Positions 11,501 to 20,621 of a stretch of DNA of 64,000 nt are shown in pieces. The DNA is taken from NCBI GenBank assembly GCA_963706325.1, contig CAVPLT010000004.1:608001-672000 (forward strand). Direction: 5' to 3'. The DNA is from an uncultured Nitrospiraceae bacterium. GTDB lineage: Bacteria > Nitrospirota > Nitrospiria > Nitrospirales > Nitrospiraceae. A program made the position numbers and the translations under genes. Within the stretch, counting starts at the first letter, position 1, and every line of letters begins with the position of its first letter. The notes under the pieces were generated by a model. It was not told the origin of the DNA and ran no database searches. It saw only the letters and a list, made by a program, of their open reading frames with translations.

Positions 11501-11638
11501 CGCGTGGTGGTGGGGGGGATGCTCACCGCGGCGGTGTTGATTCTCGTGGTGCTTCCGGTATTGTATGAAGTAGTCCATCGTCGCACGGTCAGTCGGCGAC
11601 CAGTCGACGCGGAACGGGAGGCGCCGGTTCCTCAATAA
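8534..11638 (+). CDS. CusA/CzcA heavy-metal efflux RND transporter
   Basis: 1034 aa; AIDFGIIVD TM4 motif, GGEFMPALEEG, MRPILMAT. Confidence 0.95.
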   Translation: MIVRIVELSLVQRFLVCALGFSLLFGGLYAFQQLDIVAYPDPSPPMVEVITQFPGWSAEEIERQITIPIEVALNGAPGLTDIRSLSIFGLSDIKVYFDFGTQYFFDRQEVINRLATISLPQNVQPSLSPWWAIAEIYRYELAGEGKTSLTDLKTIQDWQLRREFRRVPGVIDVTAFGGTTQEYHVDIDPGKLISYGVSLPQVMEALTNSNANVGGNYLTVGAQNYNIRGLGLINGLEDIQNVMVAEKEGTPIFVKTLGTVSVGHRVRLGKVGIDDHDDVVEGVILLQRGYKALSVLERVREKVEELNKWKLPEGVKIKTFYDRTALIHTTVETVTDILISGMVLVFLILFLFLGNLRASLIVALTIPMSLLFTFTMMVMIGQSANLISLGAIDFGIIVDATLIMVESIFFHLAHDRRLGLTVPQLIVRASRQVGRPIFFSTAIIVVAFVPLFTMTGVPGKIFAPMSITYGFALFGALLMAFTLAPVLCSLFLNGVVKEEDTWFVGAIRRTYLAVLRWALNHNLKVIGVSLLLLVMAFGAMQFVGGEFMPALEEGNLWVRATMPVDISFDEAARLTGEIRQMFRESPEVVTIVSQLGRPDDGTDPTSFFNAEFLANLKPHKEWRTGLDKDQLVEEIEARLKSIPGVIFNFSQVIQDNVEEAMSGVKGENSIKLFGTDLKTMESKAVEIESVMKDVRGVKDLGIFRLVGQPNLLIQVDREASARYGLRVSDVNAVVQAAVGGQAVTQVYEGERLFDLVVRFLPEFRRDAEAIGNILVSTPTGARIPLKQVATIKTHTGAFIIYRENNERYIPIKFSVRDRDLESTVKEAQGKMMTAVSLPERYRIEWAGQYDQLTAEQKRLTMIVPVSLVFILFLLYTTFNSLKNALLVLVTVPFALIGGIFSLVLTGTNFSISAAVGVISTLGVAILGGVLLISRIEDFRRSGVELREAVLKGADVQMRPILMATLAAAIGLLPAALATGIGSQAQKPLARVVVGGMLTAAVLILVVLPVLYEVVHRRTVSRRPVDAEREAPVPQ

Positions 11639-11661
11639 TTGCAACTTTCGAGAGGGTAGTC

Positions 11662-12465
11662 ATGATGATTGTACCTCCACAGCAGTGGTTTCGCCGGTCG
11701 TTGGTGTCGAGTCTGGTACTTATGGGCTCGGTCGGGATGCTGGGCCTAGCCTGGTCTGCCTCTCTGGTTTGGCCGGTGCAGATGCCCTATGAGGCGCCGC
11801 CAAAATCAGAGCCGGTTCCCGATGTGTCCGTGGCGCCCAACACGAAGGCTCTCACTTCGGAAGAACTGCAACGGGCGGAAGCGCTCCTGCCGCTGTTGGA
11901 AGGCAAACAGGAGTTTTGGGCGATGGGAGAGTTTGTGCACTTGGGGGAGTCGGTCCTGCCGGTCGTCACCAAGGCGTTGACGATGCCTGGCCCGCGGATC
12001 CGCTACAACGCCATCGAGACCATCTCGATGATTAAGGGCCCGGCAGCCGTCCCTGCCCTTCTGGAAACCGCAAAACTGAGTAATGAACTCCCCCGTATTC
12101 GTGAACATGCATTGCGAGTCGCGGTGCGCCTTGATCCTCTTCAAGCTCCGTCTGCCATTGAGGCGCTGAGCAAGGATGCGAACTCCTCCATTCGCAAGGC
12201 GGCGGCGTTTGAATCTCGGTACGTCCGGCATAAAGATGTGATTCAACCGCTCATCGAATTGGTGGGGGATGAGGAGCGCTATGTCGCGTTGTCCGCCGTG
12301 CAATCGCTGTGGATGTTGACGCGGCATGAAACGGAATTCCACGATTGGGACTCTTCCAGCAAGCAGGATCGGCAGACCTGGGCGCAGGAGTGGGTCGAGT
12401 GGTGGAACGTGTCGAAGGACTCCTTCGAACTGCCGGAGCCCAAGAGTCGGAAGCGCGCGTCCTAA
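11662..12465 (+). CDS. exported HEAT-repeat protein
   Basis: N-terminal hydrophobic segment; HEAT-like repeats (PRIRYNAIETI, SSIRKAAA); WVEWW near the end. Confidence 0.75.
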   Translation: MMIVPPQQWFRRSLVSSLVLMGSVGMLGLAWSASLVWPVQMPYEAPPKSEPVPDVSVAPNTKALTSEELQRAEALLPLLEGKQEFWAMGEFVHLGESVLPVVTKALTMPGPRIRYNAIETISMIKGPAAVPALLETAKLSNELPRIREHALRVAVRLDPLQAPSAIEALSKDANSSIRKAAAFESRYVRHKDVIQPLIELVGDEERYVALSAVQSLWMLTRHETEFHDWDSSSKQDRQTWAQEWVEWWNVSKDSFELPEPKSRKRAS

Positions 12466-12746
12466 CCTCATGGGTGAGTATCAACAAACTCTCCAAAAGC
12501 CGGAAGCCCAGAAGTGGCAGCATAGTCAAAATGACCGTCTTGATCGACCGAGGCGCTAAGCATCAAGACCGCCATGCTTGAGATGACGGCGAAAGATTGA
12601 TCTGGCTGTCTGATTCAAGTCGAACTCTTTCAGAACCCTGGAGGAGTCCGGTTGCGGTTATTTATAAGGCCGTGGTAGGAATAAAAGGATCGGTCGTGTC
12701 GCCGATGCCGCTGGCATGATGCGGACATTCACATAAAGGGTGCAGT

Positions 12747-13277
12747 ATGGCTCTATTGGCAATCAGCAAACTCGGGAATCCGATTCTTCGGCAGATGGCC
12801 CTGCCGGTGAGCCCGAGCGAGATCAAGAAGGCAGCATTTCAGCAACTCATCGATGATATGTTGGAAACCATGTACGACGAACCTGGCATCGGTTTGGCCG
12901 CGCCGCAGGTCGGGCGCTCGCAACAGCTTGTCGTCATGGATTGTCCGGGTGAAGGCGGGTTTCCCAAGACGGTGCTTATTAACCCGACGATCCTATTTTA
13001 CGGGCCTGAGCAGGCTGAAGGGTGGGAGGGTTGTTTGAGTGTCGATGGCCTGCGCGGCCGGGTGACGCGACCATCAGCAGTGCGAGTCACGGGGATGGAT
13101 CGTGATGGGAAGATGCTGGATTTTGAAGCCGCCGGGTTGTACGCGGTCTGCATCCAACATGAGTTGGACCACCTCATCGGCAAACTGTTCATCGATCGCA
13201 TGACCGATTTCTCCACGCTGACGCAGATGGAAGAGTTTCAGAAGTACTGGCAAAAAGAAGCGGCCAGTGTTATCTGA
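12747..13277 (+). CDS. def: peptide deformylase
   Basis: GIGLAAPQVG, EGCLSV, QHELDHL. Confidence 0.97.
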   Translation: MALLAISKLGNPILRQMALPVSPSEIKKAAFQQLIDDMLETMYDEPGIGLAAPQVGRSQQLVVMDCPGEGGFPKTVLINPTILFYGPEQAEGWEGCLSVDGLRGRVTRPSAVRVTGMDRDGKMLDFEAAGLYAVCIQHELDHLIGKLFIDRMTDFSTLTQMEEFQKYWQKEAASVI

Positions 13278-13301
13278 TCTGTTTCGGATCGACGAGTCGT
13301 C

Positions 13302-15026
13302 GTGAACTCTCTTCTGCGCGTACTATCGTATCTCAAGCCGTTCCGGATGCTGGCTGCGGTGACCTTTGTCTGCGCGGGCCTTGCCACGGCGCTGGAACTC
13401 ATTCCTCCCTACCTCGTCAAAGTCATCATCGATGATGTCATCCAATCCAAACATCCCGAGATGTTGCCGGGAGTGTTGGGGGCGCTCCTCGGATCCTATG
13501 TGCTGCGGAACCTGGTCAGTTCAATGCGCGTGCGTTTCAACAATCTTCTCGAGCAGAAGGCCGTCCATGCATTGCGCATGCAGGTGTTCGGGGCATTGCA
13601 ACGTTTGTCGCTGAGTTATTTCGAGAATCGATCGACCGGAGAGATCATGACTCGGGTGACGAGCGACACAGAACATGTCGAGCGGATCTTCGTGGATGGG
13701 CTCGAAGGTTTGCTGACGGCATCGCTCACCCTGATCGGCATCACGATCATGTTGTTTGTGTTGAATTGGAAGTTGGCGCTGCTGTCTCTGGTGCCTATTC
13801 CCATTCTCGTCCTCTGCGCCGGGTGGTTTACCCGTCGTGTGCATGGCTATTACGCGCAGATGCGCAAGAGCGTGGCAGAGCTCAATGCGTACCTTCAGGA
13901 TGCTCTGTCCGGGATCAAAGAAACGATCGGTTTCAATCAGCATGCGCATGAACGGAACCGATTCGAGACATTAAGCCAGGCCTATAGTCAAAGCAGTCTG
14001 CGCGCGATGTATTTGTGGTCCTGGTATTGGCCTGGCATGGTGTTCCTCGGCAGCACCGGCACGGTGTTGATTTTGTGGTACGGCGCGGGGGAAGTATTGG
14101 CGGGTCATTTAACCGTCGGCCAACTCGTCATGTTTCTTTCATATCTGAGCCTGTTTTATACGCCAATCAACGAGATTCATTCGCTCAATCACATGTTGCA
14201 GCATGCCTTGGCAGCCAGCGAACGCGTGTTCGAAATCCTCGATACCAAGTCGGAGGTGGAAGACCGGCCGGGCGTCGTGCGGCCTGTGGAACGCTTGACG
14301 GGCGCGGTGGAGTACCGGCAGGTTTCCTTCGGCTATCGCCCTCAAGGGCTGGTATTGTCCAATGTGAACCTTAGCGTCAAGCCGGGGGAGCGGATCGCGT
14401 TAGTCGGCCCGAGCGGCGCCGGAAAAACGTCGCTCTTGAAACTGTTGATGCGGTTTTATGACGTGCGCAGCGGCGCGGTGCTGGTGGATGGCTACGACGT
14501 GCGGGACTTGCCGGTGGATTTTGTGAGAAGTCAGATCGGCCTGGTGCAGCAGGAGCCGTTTCTCTTCAACGGGACGGTACGCGAGAATATCGTGTACAGC
14601 GACTTGTCCGCCGGCCACGAACGGGTCGAAGCGGCCGCTCGCGCGGCGCGGGCGCACGATTTCATCATCCGTTTGCCGGATGGATACGATAGCTGGATCG
14701 GCGAGCGCGGCGTGAAGTTATCGGTGGGGCAGAAGCAGCGGGTGTCGATTGCGCGTGTGTTGTTGAAAGACCCGCCGATCGTGATCTTCGATGAAGCGAC
14801 CTCAAATATTGATACGGAAACCGAGGTGAAGATTCGCGAGGCGCTGAATGATCTGACGCAGGGGCGCACCACCTTCATCATCGCGCATCGTTTGGCGACG
14901 CTGCATGATGTGGATCGCATCATCGTGGTGGAACAGGGTACCATCGTTGAAGAGGGCGGTCATGAAGAACTCATGCGTGTCGGTGGCGTCTACGCAGGGT
15001 TGTATGAGGCACAGTTCAAGATTTAA
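13302..15026 (+). CDS. ABC exporter, fused permease/ATPase (MsbA-like)
   Basis: Membrane N-half; GPSGAGKT, LSVGQKQR, DEATS. Confidence 0.92.
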   Translation: MNSLLRVLSYLKPFRMLAAVTFVCAGLATALELIPPYLVKVIIDDVIQSKHPEMLPGVLGALLGSYVLRNLVSSMRVRFNNLLEQKAVHALRMQVFGALQRLSLSYFENRSTGEIMTRVTSDTEHVERIFVDGLEGLLTASLTLIGITIMLFVLNWKLALLSLVPIPILVLCAGWFTRRVHGYYAQMRKSVAELNAYLQDALSGIKETIGFNQHAHERNRFETLSQAYSQSSLRAMYLWSWYWPGMVFLGSTGTVLILWYGAGEVLAGHLTVGQLVMFLSYLSLFYTPINEIHSLNHMLQHALAASERVFEILDTKSEVEDRPGVVRPVERLTGAVEYRQVSFGYRPQGLVLSNVNLSVKPGERIALVGPSGAGKTSLLKLLMRFYDVRSGAVLVDGYDVRDLPVDFVRSQIGLVQQEPFLFNGTVRENIVYSDLSAGHERVEAAARAARAHDFIIRLPDGYDSWIGERGVKLSVGQKQRVSIARVLLKDPPIVIFDEATSNIDTETEVKIREALNDLTQGRTTFIIAHRLATLHDVDRIIVVEQGTIVEEGGHEELMRVGGVYAGLYEAQFKI

Positions 15027-15104
15027 TATGATAGATGCAATGGTTGCAGGCCGTCGAATGACGGTCAGTATACTCCGTCACCGACCACAGGATGTCTTAT
15101 AACC

Positions 15105-15299
15105 ATGGTGTTGATTTACGAGAGTGATCCGCTTGACAATGAGGACGCCCGAGGGCGTTTTTATCATGTGTGTCGTGGCCGTATCGAGCGGACTGAGATC
15201 CAGCTGCCGGCAGGTCAATCGATCTTTGAGTGCGGCGTGTGTGGAGTCGATCTGGAGCCGGAAGATTTTTGGATCGCACGACAGAAGGGATCGGTATAA
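15105..15299 (+). CDS. small putative zinc-ribbon protein, 64 aa
   Basis: HVC...CGVC; TATACT-like -10 element upstream. Confidence 0.6.
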   Translation: MVLIYESDPLDNEDARGRFYHVCRGRIERTEIQLPAGQSIFECGVCGVDLEPEDFWIARQKGSV

Positions 15300-15300
15300 C

Positions 15301-15510
15301 ATGGCTGGAAGCGCAGGCCGAAAGACGGTGTCTGTCTCACGCGGGCTCATGATGTTGTGTGAGGTCTGTTACGACGAAGTGTACAACGAGAAGCTGCCTG
15401 ACGCTCGGAATTTTATCGCTGACCATGAAGCATTGTTCGATACGATTTGTATGGGCTGCACCGACATCAATCGACCATTGATCGATGACATGCTTGGCAG
15501 CTCCGAGTAA
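15301..15510 (+). CDS. small CxxC...CxxC protein, 69 aa
   Basis: CEVC...CMGC; ATG 1 nt after the previous stop. Confidence 0.6.
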   Translation: MAGSAGRKTVSVSRGLMMLCEVCYDEVYNEKLPDARNFIADHEALFDTICMGCTDINRPLIDDMLGSSE

Positions 15511-15894
15511 TCACCTTGGGGCCTCATAGAGCATGACCTCGCAAAAAGCTGCCGCGCAGTTTCGACGATTCCCCCTCAGGCAACCACCTTGCGCAATCGG
15601 CTAATCGGGTAGCGTCGCTTCGACCTCCTCTCCTCCGTAGCATCTCGGAGTCAATCTCTGCGACCACAGACGGCGGCCATTCCTGGCCAGGAGGAAATAA
15701 ACCTCGTGGCGATGGAGCGACCTCATCGGTGCTGTCCGCGACGGTTGTCATTGCAAAGTTCTTCAGCAGACGCTAGCGGCTGAGAGGGGGAGTGGTTCGA
15801 CGGGAGTGGCTGCGGATGCGCCGGCTCAACCGTTCGTTGAGTGATTGCCGGCTGGGCAGTTCGGAACAGGCGCCTTCCGTGCTACCCCGCGGCC

Positions 15895-16224
15895 TTACTT
15901 GCAGACTTTTCCGTCGAAGTGCAGGCAGGTGGACTCGCCTGATTTGACCTTCCAGCTTTTTAACAGGGGGGGCTGGCCCTCCCGCGTTTCCACCACAATA
16001 TCGACTAGTCCAGATTGCGGCAGTTTCTCCATGTGCGGACGGCCCGCTTCGGGCACTTCTACCCAGAAGACGGCCCCGAGGGTCGAAATCAGGATGCGGC
16101 TATTATCGACGTCTATGTTGATAATCGGACTGTAGTAACTCTTTTCCGCTGCGGAAGCATTCACGGGAAGCATGATAAAACCAAGGCTCAGAATGAGTGC
16201 GAAGCGCAATAAGATAAGCCGCAT
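15895..16224 (-). CDS. exported hypothetical protein
   Basis: Signal peptide MRLILLRFALILSLGFIMLPVNASA; GAAGGGGG RBS; terminal Cys pair. Confidence 0.7.
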   Translation of the reverse strand: MRLILLRFALILSLGFIMLPVNASAAEKSYYSPIINIDVDNSRILISTLGAVFWVEVPEAGRPHMEKLPQSGLVDIVVETREGQPPLLKSWKVKSGESTCLHFDGKVCK

Positions 16225-16322
16225 CGATCGCCCCCTTCGATGATAGATCAAGGCGCGATTATGCCATCGTTGTTGATTGATTGGTAGAGGGAAGGCGGTA
16301 GTATTGTGTGGGCGGTGGATGG

Positions 16323-16835
16323 CTATACAATATGAATATCGGCGGGACGGACGTGGCCGCCGGTGATCCAATAGGTGCGAATGTCCGCTGCGGGCTCGTG
16401 CATGAGGGAGACCAAGAGATAGGCAGGGATCGGCAGGTTGATGCGTTGCCAGATTTCCTCATAATCGGAAGCGATCTTGATGTCGGTGTGCGAAGGTCTG
16501 GCGGGGTCTTTCGGATGCGAATGGTAGACCACTTGGAGTTCGAGCCCGTTCTTGCGGATGTCTTTCTTGGCGGCTGAGAAATCCTGCATATCCATGACGA
16601 AGGCGATCTCGGCGCGTTCCTCTGGGGACAGTCGTTCGAGATGTGCGATTTTGTCGTCATCGAAGGTGGACAGCTTTTCAGCCCCCTCAACGGCTACAAT
16701 GTTCGTGATGCGATAAAGATGCGTCACCGTCTTGTTCGTGCCGGCGAGCAGACCACAGCATTCGAAGGGAGCCAGCTCGCGGGCGTGTGCGACGATTTCA
16801 TCCAGGATGTGCTTCGGGATCGAAAGGTCGGGCAT
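16323..16835 (-). CDS. JAMM/Mov34 (Mec/HcyD-like) metallopeptidase
   Basis: ECCGLL...YHSHP...PSHTD JAMM motif. Confidence 0.92.
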   Translation of the reverse strand: MPDLSIPKHILDEIVAHARELAPFECCGLLAGTNKTVTHLYRITNIVAVEGAEKLSTFDDDKIAHLERLSPEERAEIAFVMDMQDFSAAKKDIRKNGLELQVVYHSHPKDPARPSHTDIKIASDYEEIWQRINLPIPAYLLVSLMHEPAADIRTYWITGGHVRPADIHIV

Positions 16836-16836
16836 G

Positions 16837-17640
16837 TTAGATAGTGCAGGAGACGCTATAGTCTCCGCCTAGATCCTTGATGGTCGGTGTGGCGCTGCAA
16901 AGGGGGCAACGCGGGTCCTTGGGACGGGATACCTTGCGAAACTTCATTTCCAACGCATCGTAAATCACGAGTTTATCCGCCAGCGTTTCGCCGATACCGA
17001 GAATCTCTTTGATTGCCTCCGAGGCTTGCAAGACTCCCATCGTTCCGGCCAAGACGCCGAGCACACCGGCCTCTTGGCAATTCGGGACCAGGCCGGCCGG
17101 CGGCGGCTCCGGATAGAGGCATCGATAGCAGGGCTGTCCGACATGCGGCTTGATGGTTGTGAGCTGCCCTTCGAAACGGAACATGCTGGCGGAGATGAGC
17201 GTTTTCTTGGCAAAGAAACAAGCATCGTTGACCAAAAACCTGGTCGTGAAATTGTCGGACCCGTCCAACACGATGTCGTACTCTGCCACGAGCCCGAGAA
17301 TGTTCTCGGTATCGACGTTCATCTGATACGTCTTGATGGTGATATCAGGATTGATGGCCGCCAGCATTTTTCGGCCGGACTCTACTTTTGGCGTCCCAAT
17401 CGTGGCGGTAGTATGAAGAATCTGCCGCTGGAGATTCGACAGATCCACGACATCGCCGTCTACCAGTCCGATTGTGCCGATACCGGCCGCAGCCAAATAG
17501 AGGGCTGCAGGGGACCCGAGGCCTCCGGCCCCGATCAGCAAGACTTTGGCTTTGGATAGCTTGACCTGTCCCTTGCCGCCGACTTCGTTGAGAATGATGT
17601 GCCGACTATAACGCTGAATCTGTTGTTCTGTAAATTCCAT
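16837..17640 (-). CDS. moeB: MoeB/ThiF E1-like adenylyltransferase (no rhodanese domain)
   Basis: RYSRHI, GAGGLGS, SNLQRQ, CYRC, CQEAG, CPLC. Confidence 0.92.
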   Translation of the reverse strand: MEFTEQQIQRYSRHIILNEVGGKGQVKLSKAKVLLIGAGGLGSPAALYLAAAGIGTIGLVDGDVVDLSNLQRQILHTTATIGTPKVESGRKMLAAINPDITIKTYQMNVDTENILGLVAEYDIVLDGSDNFTTRFLVNDACFFAKKTLISASMFRFEGQLTTIKPHVGQPCYRCLYPEPPPAGLVPNCQEAGVLGVLAGTMGVLQASEAIKEILGIGETLADKLVIYDALEMKFRKVSRPKDPRCPLCSATPTIKDLGGDYSVSCTI

Positions 17641-17708
17641 GTGACTGGTCTCTCGTCGTTCGGGAACGTGAAGCGTCAGGTGTGGAGGGAGATACGCGAC
17701 AGGCCGTG

Positions 17709-17948
17709 TTATTCGACCACGTTCAATTCAATGGGGTCCACGACGCAGCCCTTGGTCCGGATGCCATCGATGGCGCGTTCGATTTCCTCTGTCTCACCGG
17801 TCAGTTCGAGATCCATCCAGCCAGTCGTCTCGCGCACATCGGCGCGGCGCACGTTGGTCACCACCTTGAACTCATGTCCGATCTGGTAAATGATCGGTTC
17901 CTTGATCTTGTTCTCGGGAAAGCGAATATGGAATCGTAAGCTGGTCAT
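17709..17948 (-). CDS. stand-alone NIL-domain protein
   Basis: EPIIYQIGHEFKVVTNVRRADV...GWMDLELTG. Confidence 0.8.
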   Translation of the reverse strand: MTSLRFHIRFPENKIKEPIIYQIGHEFKVVTNVRRADVRETTGWMDLELTGETEEIERAIDGIRTKGCVVDPIELNVVE

Positions 17949-17950
17949 GG

Positions 17951-18223
17951 CTACCCTCCGGCGATCGCAGGAACGATGGATACTTCATCGCCGTCTTTGA
18001 GTGAGGTCTCTTTTCCGTTCAGGAAGCGGATATCCTCTTCGTTGACGTAGATGTTGACGAAACGACGTAGGTCACCCTTGTCATCGCACAGCCGGTTCTT
18101 CAGGCCGGGATAGGCAGCGTCCAGCGATCCGATCATATCCATAACGTTGGCTGCGGCAGATTCAACTTCGCCTTGGCCCTTCGTGAGCGGACGCAGTGGA
18201 GTTGGAATACGAACTTTAATCAT
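17951..18223 (-). CDS. MoaD/CysO-like ubiquitin-fold sulfur carrier
   Basis: IPTPLR...FVNIYVN...VSIVPAIAGG with free C-terminal GG. Confidence 0.93.
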   Translation of the reverse strand: MIKVRIPTPLRPLTKGQGEVESAAANVMDMIGSLDAAYPGLKNRLCDDKGDLRRFVNIYVNEEDIRFLNGKETSLKDGDEVSIVPAIAGG

Positions 18224-19470
18224 GAGTCACCACCACTGTTCTTTCCCATTTTGAATGTTCTTTGAAAGTTGACCAGGCTGGGCTGGATACGGAACGGGCG
18301 TCCCACCGCATCCACGACCGCTTCCTGGGTCTTGAGCCCGTTTCCGGTGATATAGGCCACGGTCACGTCGCTCTTCTTAATGAGCCCCTGTTTCACGAGT
18401 TTGCAGAGGACGCCGATGGTGACGCCGCCGGCCGTCTCGGCAAAAATGCCTTCGGTCTGGGCCAAAAGCTTGATCCCTTCGACTATTTCCTCATCGGTCA
18501 CCGCGTCCATCGCGCCTTTGCTTTCGCCCGTGGCTTTCAAGGCATAATACCCATCCGCCGGGTTGCCGATCGCAAGTGACTTGGCGATGGTCTTCGGCTT
18601 GACGGGCTTGAAGAAATCCCGGCCGGCCTTGAAGGCGGTGGCAATCGGGGAACAACCTTCGGCCTGCGCGCCGTTGATCTTTGTGCGGACCTGATCGACC
18701 AATCCCAACGCATGCATTTCGTGCAATCCCTTCCAAATCTTCGTCAGCAGAGAGCCGGACGCCATGGGGATGACGGCTTGATCCGGTGTGCGCCAGCCAA
18801 GTTGTTCAATCGTCTCAAACGCCAGCGTCTTCGACCCCTCGGCATAGTAGGGTCGAATGTTGATGTTGACGAAAGCCCACCCATGTTCGCCGGCGATTTC
18901 GCTGCAGAGCCGGTTCACATCGTCGTAGTTGCCTTCAACCTCCACGACATTCGGCTTGTAGATCAAATTGCCGAGAACCTTCGCGGCTTCAAGATCGGCC
19001 GGGATGAACACATAACACTTCATACCCGCTGCGGCTGCATGCGCTGCCACGGAGTTGGCCAGATTGCCGGTTGAGGCGCAGGCCACGGTTTCGAATCCGA
19101 GTTCGCGCGCCCGCGTCAGCGCCACCGAGACGACGCGATCCTTGAAGGAGAGCGTCGGGTGGTTGACCGTATCGTTCTTGATGTACAACTCGTCGATGCC
19201 AAGGTACGCGCCGAGATTTTTCGCCCGCACCAACGGCGTCAGTCCCGCATGGGGGCCGATGATCGCGGTGCTTTCCACGGGCAAGAGGTCGATGTAGCGC
19301 CACATGCTGTGCGGGCCCTGTTCGATCTTCTTCCGGGAGATTGTGCTCTTGATCTCCTCATAGTTGTATTTCACTTCGAGTGGGCCGAAGCACATCTCAC
19401 AGACGTGGATGGCTTTGGGCGGATATTCCTTCCCACATTCCCGGCAGACCAGCGCTTTCATTTTCGCCAT
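18220..19470 (-). CDS. thrC: threonine synthase family PLP enzyme
   Basis: N-terminal CxxC..CxxC, PTLSFKDR (PLP Lys), ASTGN, EGSKT, ITGNGLK. Confidence 0.88.
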   Translation of the reverse strand: MAKMKALVCRECGKEYPPKAIHVCEMCFGPLEVKYNYEEIKSTISRKKIEQGPHSMWRYIDLLPVESTAIIGPHAGLTPLVRAKNLGAYLGIDELYIKNDTVNHPTLSFKDRVVSVALTRARELGFETVACASTGNLANSVAAHAAAAGMKCYVFIPADLEAAKVLGNLIYKPNVVEVEGNYDDVNRLCSEIAGEHGWAFVNINIRPYYAEGSKTLAFETIEQLGWRTPDQAVIPMASGSLLTKIWKGLHEMHALGLVDQVRTKINGAQAEGCSPIATAFKAGRDFFKPVKPKTIAKSLAIGNPADGYYALKATGESKGAMDAVTDEEIVEGIKLLAQTEGIFAETAGGVTIGVLCKLVKQGLIKKSDVTVAYITGNGLKTQEAVVDAVGRPFRIQPSLVNFQRTFKMGKNSGGDS

Positions 19471-19483
19471 GGAGACACCTTCG

Positions 19484-20308
19484 CTACAAGTTACGTTGAC
19501 CCGGAAGCGCACATGTCGGCCCGACGTTGCCGTCTTCCATCAGCTGGGTGATCGTGGGCCGCTCGCCGCAGAGGGGACAATCAGGGTTCCGCTTGATACG
19601 GATTTCTCGGAATTGGGTACGTCGCGCATCGAAGTCCAGCAGGCGATCGGTCAACGGGCGTCCGATGCCCAAGATCAGCTTGAGGGCTTCCGTAGCCTGG
19701 ATCGTCCCGATGATGCCGGCCAATACGCCGATCACGCCTGCCTCCTGACAGGAGGCCACGAGGCCCTCCGGCGGTGGCTTCTTGAAGACGCAACGATAGC
19801 AGGCCGATTGCTTTGGAATGATGGTGGTGACTCGGCCGTCGAATCGAAGGATCCCTCCATGCACCAGCGGCTTGCTGGCAAAGAAGCAGGCATCGTTGAT
19901 GAGGAACTTCGTCGGGAAATTATCCACGCCGTCGAGCACCACATCGTAGTCGCCGACAATCTTGAGGGCATTGCCTGCCGTCAGACGCTCTTCATACATC
20001 ACCACGTTCACGTCAGGATTGAGGGCCTGGATCTTTTCCTTGCCGGACAAGACCTTGGAACGCCCGACATCCGCAGTGTGATGGATGACCTGACGCTGCA
20101 GATTGCTCAGGTCCACGACATCGCTATCGATGAGCCCGATCGTACCAATTCCGGCAGCCGCCAAGTAGAGTGCGGCCGGCGAACCAAGGCCTCCGGCACC
20201 GACCACGAGCACCTTCGCCTGAATGATCTTCTTTTGTCCTTTTCCCCCGACTTCGGGAAGAAGGATGTGGCGGCTGTAGCGATTGATTTGTGTTTCAGTA
20301 AATTCCAT
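19484..20308 (-). CDS. moeB: second MoeB/ThiF E1-like enzyme
   Basis: Same motifs as 16837-17640; clear paralog. Confidence 0.92.
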   Translation of the reverse strand: MEFTETQINRYSRHILLPEVGGKGQKKIIQAKVLVVGAGGLGSPAALYLAAAGIGTIGLIDSDVVDLSNLQRQVIHHTADVGRSKVLSGKEKIQALNPDVNVVMYEERLTAGNALKIVGDYDVVLDGVDNFPTKFLINDACFFASKPLVHGGILRFDGRVTTIIPKQSACYRCVFKKPPPEGLVASCQEAGVIGVLAGIIGTIQATEALKLILGIGRPLTDRLLDFDARRTQFREIRIKRNPDCPLCGERPTITQLMEDGNVGPTCALPGQRNL

Positions 20309-20315
20309 ATGCGAC

Positions 20316-20434
20316 GGAGGCTGAAAACCGTCACCAGCGGCGTTCTCGCATCGTTCAGGTCCTCAACGTACCGCAAGGGTACGCCTCGGCCCTTCACTCG
20401 CTGCGGCCTTGCTGATTGACGCTTTTGAGCCTCC
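20316..20434 (+). repeat. ~120-bp TIR-bounded repeat (MITE/REP-like), copy 1
   Basis: GGAGGCTGAAAA...CTCAACGTACCGCAAGGGTACGCCTC...GCGGCCTTGCTG...TTTTGAGCCTCC. Confidence 0.85.
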
Positions 20435-20479
20435 TCTCCCTAAGTGGTCTGTCACACCCTCAAATGTTGAAATACTTCC

Positions 20480-20594
20480 GGATGCGGAAAATGGCCTTCA
20501 GCTTCGTTCTCGTCAAGGAATCCTCAACGTACCCAGCGGGTACGCCTCCGGTTTCCTCTCACTGCGGCCTTGCTGAGAGATCATTCTGAGCATC
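20480..20594 (+). repeat. ~120-bp repeat, copy 2 (degenerate)
   Basis: Same core CTCAACGTACCC..GGGTACGCCTC..CTGCGGCCTTGCTG. Confidence 0.8.
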
Positions 20595-20621
20595 ACCCCC
20601 TCAATCGTTCATTCCAGATGG

